A DNA stretch of 32,000 nt. Origin: Gemmata obscuriglobus (GTDB taxonomy: Bacteria > Planctomycetota > Planctomycetia > Gemmatales > Gemmataceae). The position numbers were made by a program, and so were the translations under genes. Below are positions 28,254 to 32,000 of the stretch, piece after piece (the first letter of the stretch is position 1; each line of letters opens with the position of its first letter). The DNA lies in NCBI RefSeq assembly GCF_008065095.1, contig NZ_CP042911.1, positions 6,390,001 to 6,422,000 on the forward strand, in the 5' to 3' direction. The notes beneath the pieces were generated by a model, which was not told the DNA's origin, searched no databases, and worked only from the letters and a program-made list of their open reading frames with translations.

Positions 28254-29021
28254 ATGGCGTTCACGCTCAACATCGGCAAGTGCAGCCTGCTGGGCAACTA
28301 CCGCGAAAATAACGAAGACTGCGTCGACGTGAAGGTGTTCCCGGACCTGATCGTGAACATCGTCGCGGACGGGATGGGCGGTCAAGCGGCCGGCGAGATC
28401 GCGAGCCGCAAGGCGGTGGACATCATCCCCCGCGAGCTGCGCAAGAACGTGACCCAACACCTGAACCCCGAAGGGGTCAAGAGCACCGTCCGCCGCGCCA
28501 TCGTGCAGGCGAACGAAGAAATCATGGCGATGGGCGCCCTCGACAAGGACATGAAGAACATGGGCACCACCGTCGTGATGGCGGTCTGGCGCAAGGAAAA
28601 GGGGAAGGACCACGAGCTGTTCGTTGCGGGCGTCGGCGACAGCCGGTGCTACCTGGTCCGCAACCGGCGGATCACGCAACTGACCGTCGACCACTCGCTG
28701 GCGCAGGCGCTGGTGGAGGCGCGGACCATCAGCCCGGCCGAGGCCAAGGACCACCGGTTCCGCAACGTGCTTTGGAAGTACCTCGGCAGCAAGGAGGTGG
28801 GCGAGGGGCCGGACGTTGCGGTGGTGCAACTGCAAGCCGGCGATCGGCTCTTGCTCTGCACCGACGGGCTGACCGGGGTCGTGTCGGACGAAGACCTGGC
28901 GGCGTACATCACCAACGCGACCGACATGCAGCAGTGCGCCGAAGGGCTCGGCCAACTCGCACTCGATCAGAACTCCCGCGACAACGTGTCGTGCGTCGTG
29001 ATCGATGTCGCGGAAGCGTAA
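28254..29021 (+). CDS. PP2C-family Ser/Thr protein phosphatase
   Basis: RENNEDC, VADGMGGQAAGEIAS, GTTVV, GVGDSRCYL, LLLCTDGLT, SRDNVSCVVI. Confidence 0.9.
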   Translation: MAFTLNIGKCSLLGNYRENNEDCVDVKVFPDLIVNIVADGMGGQAAGEIASRKAVDIIPRELRKNVTQHLNPEGVKSTVRRAIVQANEEIMAMGALDKDMKNMGTTVVMAVWRKEKGKDHELFVAGVGDSRCYLVRNRRITQLTVDHSLAQALVEARTISPAEAKDHRFRNVLWKYLGSKEVGEGPDVAVVQLQAGDRLLLCTDGLTGVVSDEDLAAYITNATDMQQCAEGLGQLALDQNSRDNVSCVVIDVAEA

Positions 29022-29061
29022 ACCGTAAGCGCAGTAAAATAGCTTCCTTGCGGACCGGACC

Positions 29062-29811
29062 TCAAACGGGCCGTTCCGCGAGCATCAGCCAACCGTACAC
29101 GTTCCCGCCGGCTGCCGGTTGGCCGTCGATACCGAACGAGGCCGTTTCCTTCACGGTGAATCCGGCGGCCGTCAGCACCCGTTGTGCTTCATCTCGGGTG
29201 AAGTGGTGCAGCGTCAGCGGAGCGCCGCCGTAAGCCTGAGACATCTCGATGTCGCCTACGGTCGGGCCTCCGAACAACGTGCCCCAGCGCTGGCGGAGCA
29301 CACGTTTCCAACCGAGCCCGCGGAAGAACCGGTTGTGCGCGTGGAGCACAAACACCCCGCCGGGCTTGAGCGCCCGAAACGCGTTAGCGACAACCTTCGC
29401 CCGGTTCTCGGTCCCGCGCACCATTCCAAGGGTGCTGAACAGGCACGCCGCATAATCGAACGAAGCAGCCGGGAACGCGAGCGGCTCCACGAGGTTCGCC
29501 CGGAGCCATTCCGTCTTCCCCTCCACCGATGCCGCGTTCGCGCGGGCCTTCGCTAGCATCTCCTCCGACAGATCGACGCCGACACAGTCGAACCCCTTTC
29601 GCGCAAAATGAACGCACAGCCGCCCGGTGCCGCACCCCAGATCGAGGAGCCGGCCGGGCGCCGGGAACGCGCGCTCGCAGAACGCCACGTCCGCGGTCGC
29701 GAGCGGGGACGTGTGCATCTGGTCGTCGTAGGTCGCGACCATCTCGGCGGCGTGCAGGTAGTCCCACAGCCCGCGATCGACGCCGGGGGGCAGTTGCCAG
29801 TCGGGAATCAT
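29062..29811 (-). CDS. Class I SAM-dependent methyltransferase
   Basis: Track ORF 29062..30126, trimmed to ATG 29811 (MIPDWQLPPG...). Motif I LLDLGCGTGRL, then VGVDLSEEML, and motif post-II FDYAACLFS. Confidence 0.85.
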   Translation of the reverse strand: MIPDWQLPPGVDRGLWDYLHAAEMVATYDDQMHTSPLATADVAFCERAFPAPGRLLDLGCGTGRLCVHFARKGFDCVGVDLSEEMLAKARANAASVEGKTEWLRANLVEPLAFPAASFDYAACLFSTLGMVRGTENRAKVVANAFRALKPGGVFVLHAHNRFFRGLGWKRVLRQRWGTLFGGPTVGDIEMSQAYGGAPLTLHHFTRDEAQRVLTAAGFTVKETASFGIDGQPAAGGNVYGWLMLAERPV

Positions 29812-29914
29812 GTCCGGTATTCCGTGTGCAGTGTTTCGTGTTAGTGGTACGCACGGGGTGGTATTATTCGTACCCCGCATTCGCCACCTGTGCCCCACCG
29901 AACACGGAACACCG

Positions 29915-31270
29915 ATGCGTACCACCGACATCCGCGTCCGCGACTTGTACTTCGAGTACGAGGACTTCCGGTACCGCACGCCGATCAAGTTCGGCGGGGT
30001 GGCGCTCGGCCGCGTGACGCTCCTGAACGTGCGAATGACCGTTGAAAGTGCCGCGGGCAAGGCCGCGACCGGGTTCGGGTCGATGCCACTGGGCAACGTG
30101 TGGGCGTACCCGTCGCGCCTGCTCACCTACGATCAGACGCTCGGCGCGATGCGGTTCCTCGCGTCGCGAATCGCCGACGGCTACCGGCTGTGCGGGCTGA
30201 GCGGACACCCGATCGACATCACGCACCAGCTCGAACCGGAACTGCTCCTCGCCGGTAACGACTTCACCGCCATCCACCGGCCGAGCGACCCGGTCCCGAA
30301 ACTGGCGGTTCTAGTGGTCGCGTCGGCGTTCGACGCCGCCCTCCACGACGCCTACGGCAAACTTCACGGCCTCAACTGCTTCCGCACGTACACGCGCGAG
30401 TTCCTGCCCGACGACCTGGGCCACTACCTCGGCGCGGAGTTCAACGGGTTGCACCTCGACGACTTCATCACGCACGAGCCGAAGCCTTCAATGCCGCTGT
30501 ACCACCTGGTCGGCGCGCTCGACCCGATCACCCCGGAAGACGTCACACAGCCCGTCGGCGACGGGTTGCCGGAACACCTCGCCGAGTGGATCACGCGGGA
30601 CGGCCTCACGCACCTCAAGATCAAGCTCAACGGCGACGACCTTGGATGGGACGTGGAGCGCTGCGTTCGCATCAACGCCGTCGCCGAAGACGCGCAACGC
30701 GCGCGGGGCGTGACGACGTGGTGGTACTCACTCGACTTCAACGAGCGGTGCCAGAACGTCGGATACCTGATCGAGTTCCTTCAGAAGCTCCGGGAGCGCA
30801 CCCCGGCCGGCTATGACCGCGTGCAGTACGTCGAGCAACCGACCGCGCGGGACCTGAACGCGCACCCCGAGAACAAGATGCACGCCGCGGCGAAGCTCAA
30901 GCCGGTGGTGATCGACGAATCGCTGCTCGATCTGGAATCGCTGAAACTGTCGATGGAGATGGGCTACACCGGCGTCGCGTTCAAGGCGTGCAAGGGTCAA
31001 ACGCAAACGCTGCTGCTCGCCGCTGCGGCGCAAAAGTACGGCCTGTTCCGGTGCGTGCAGGATTTAACGTGTGTGGGGGCGTCGCTGATCCACTCCGCGG
31101 GCCTCGCGGCCCACATTCCCGGGGTGGCCGCGATCGAATCGAACGGCCGCCAGTACTGCCCCACAGCGAACGTCGCCTGGGATGCGAAGTTCCCGGGCGT
31201 GTTTACCATCACCGGCGGCAGCATGAACACCGCGCTTCTGAACGGCGTGGGCCTCGGCGCGGTGAGTTAG
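29915..31270 (+). CDS. Enolase-superfamily enzyme (mandelate racemase/muconate lactonizing enzyme-like), substrate unknown
   Basis: Track ORF 29810..31270, trimmed to ATG 29915 (MRTTDIRVRDLYFEY...). Barrel-domain ligand pattern: HLKIKLNG, SLDFNE, YVEQP, VIDES, FKACKG. Confidence 0.8.
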   Translation: MRTTDIRVRDLYFEYEDFRYRTPIKFGGVALGRVTLLNVRMTVESAAGKAATGFGSMPLGNVWAYPSRLLTYDQTLGAMRFLASRIADGYRLCGLSGHPIDITHQLEPELLLAGNDFTAIHRPSDPVPKLAVLVVASAFDAALHDAYGKLHGLNCFRTYTREFLPDDLGHYLGAEFNGLHLDDFITHEPKPSMPLYHLVGALDPITPEDVTQPVGDGLPEHLAEWITRDGLTHLKIKLNGDDLGWDVERCVRINAVAEDAQRARGVTTWWYSLDFNERCQNVGYLIEFLQKLRERTPAGYDRVQYVEQPTARDLNAHPENKMHAAAKLKPVVIDESLLDLESLKLSMEMGYTGVAFKACKGQTQTLLLAAAAQKYGLFRCVQDLTCVGASLIHSAGLAAHIPGVAAIESNGRQYCPTANVAWDAKFPGVFTITGGSMNTALLNGVGLGAVS

Positions 31271-32000
31271 GGCTCCTTCCGCTCGCGGTCGCGGCCGTCG
31301 GGTAGCACCTCCCACCCACGCTCCGCATCGGTCAAACGCTCACCGCCGGCGACGGTCAGCGACGCCCGCAGCGCGTCGGGCGTCACGTCATTCAACAGGC
31401 GGTGAACCGCGTCGTCCGCGGTCACGACCGCCGGGTGCTTGTACCAACTGCTGATGCCGTTCGGGCTATCGAGCCGGAAGTCCATTGTGTCGAACGCGAG
31501 ATCGCGGGGCTCCATCCAGTGAACGCCCAGGCCGTTGTTCTCGACGATCAGGATGGTGGAACTGGCGCCGTCGGTCACCTCATCGAACTTCCGCGCACTG
31601 GCCCCGGGCCACATCGTGTCCGGCCCGACCACCGCGAGATAGTTGGTCGTTGTGCCGAGCGGCTCCGTGCCGTGAAACGCGAAAAGCTTCGGCATTCGGG
31701 GCGCGAGCAGGCAGTTGTTCGGACCGTTCCACGGTTCATCAAACCGATACGCTTTGAAGAGTGGCTCCTGCTCAATGTAAGGCAGGATCAGGGTGCGCCA
31801 ACTGTGCCACGGCTTGCCGTCCGGCCCGACGACGTAGGCCGGCGGCAGGCGCCCGTTCGTCTCGGCGTAGTTGGCGACCGCCAACCCGAGTTGCTTGAGG
31901 TTTCAAAGGTCTGCCATGTTTCGCGCGGCGTTGCGCACCCTCTGAATGCCGTATCCAAGGGCACACAGACCAGCGCCGACCGTTCCGGCGACGGAGAGCG
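31267..32000 (-). pseudogene. DUF1559 (prepilin-like N-terminus, H-X9-DG type) protein interrupted by an in-frame TGA. The 5' end lies outside the window.
   Basis: Downstream part (track ORF 31267..31884, TTG start): AVANYAETNGRLPPAYV ... WHSWRTLILPYIEQEPLF ... STILIVEN. The same frame continues upstream as LSVAGTVGAGLCALGYGIQRVRNAARNMADL-TGA-NLKQLGLAV. That is the usual hydrophobic helix plus the QKVREAAAR / NNLKQ(L/I)GLA region, with TGA at 31905-31903. Confidence 0.6.

Noticed and set aside
31903-31905. In-frame TGA in the DUF1559 gene as selenocysteine or programmed read-through
   Set aside because: No convincing SECIS-like stem-loop lies immediately downstream (only a 4-bp AACC/GGTT pairing). 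The position is not a Cys/redox site in the family. TGA is used as an ordinary stop elsewhere in the window, for example at 9788-9790 and 14885-14887.

Overview
This is a high-G+C, gene-dense chromosomal segment with about 33 protein-coding genes. I found no rRNA, tRNA, CRISPR array, integrase or transposase. Several features suggest a Planctomycetota (Gemmataceae-like) origin, but that is inference only: a DUF1559 prepilin-like protein, many Gfo/Idh/MocA and xylose-isomerase-like genes, and Hanks kinase, FHA and PP2C signalling genes.

Genes I recognise: divergent katG/oxyR, truD, hemE, ubiE/menG, nusB, an HtrA-like protease, an M24 peptidase, a CtBP-like 2-hydroxyacid dehydrogenase, a GT4 glycosyltransferase followed by a PilZ protein, a PP2C phosphatase, a SAM methyltransferase and an enolase-superfamily enzyme.

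Most of the long ORFs in the six-frame track are Arg/Gly/Pro-rich antisense shadows. Many real genes start at internal ATG/GTG codons, which I re-derived by hand.

Observations most worth a second look:
1. A tightly coupled four-gene operon (1-3639, minus strand). It joins a YeaH/DUF444 protein, two small unknown proteins and a Hanks Ser/Thr kinase whose extracytoplasmic sensor looks like the urea/amide-binding protein UrtA. No PrkA or SpoVR partner is present in the window.
2. A low-G+C islet (about 11000-12558) of small genes, including a 76-aa protein with 15 Cys arranged in period-3 ladders.
3. Three unrelated, unusually long perfect inverted repeats in intergenic DNA: a 24-bp stem, a 60-bp loop-less palindrome and a 141-nt hairpin.
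4. Two apparently disrupted genes: a YcxB-like gene whose frame changes at a C4G7 tract, and a DUF1559 gene with an in-frame TGA.
5. Tandem paralogous secreted Gly/Pro/aromatic-rich proteins.

All functional calls rest on remembered family motifs read from the translations. No database search was run.
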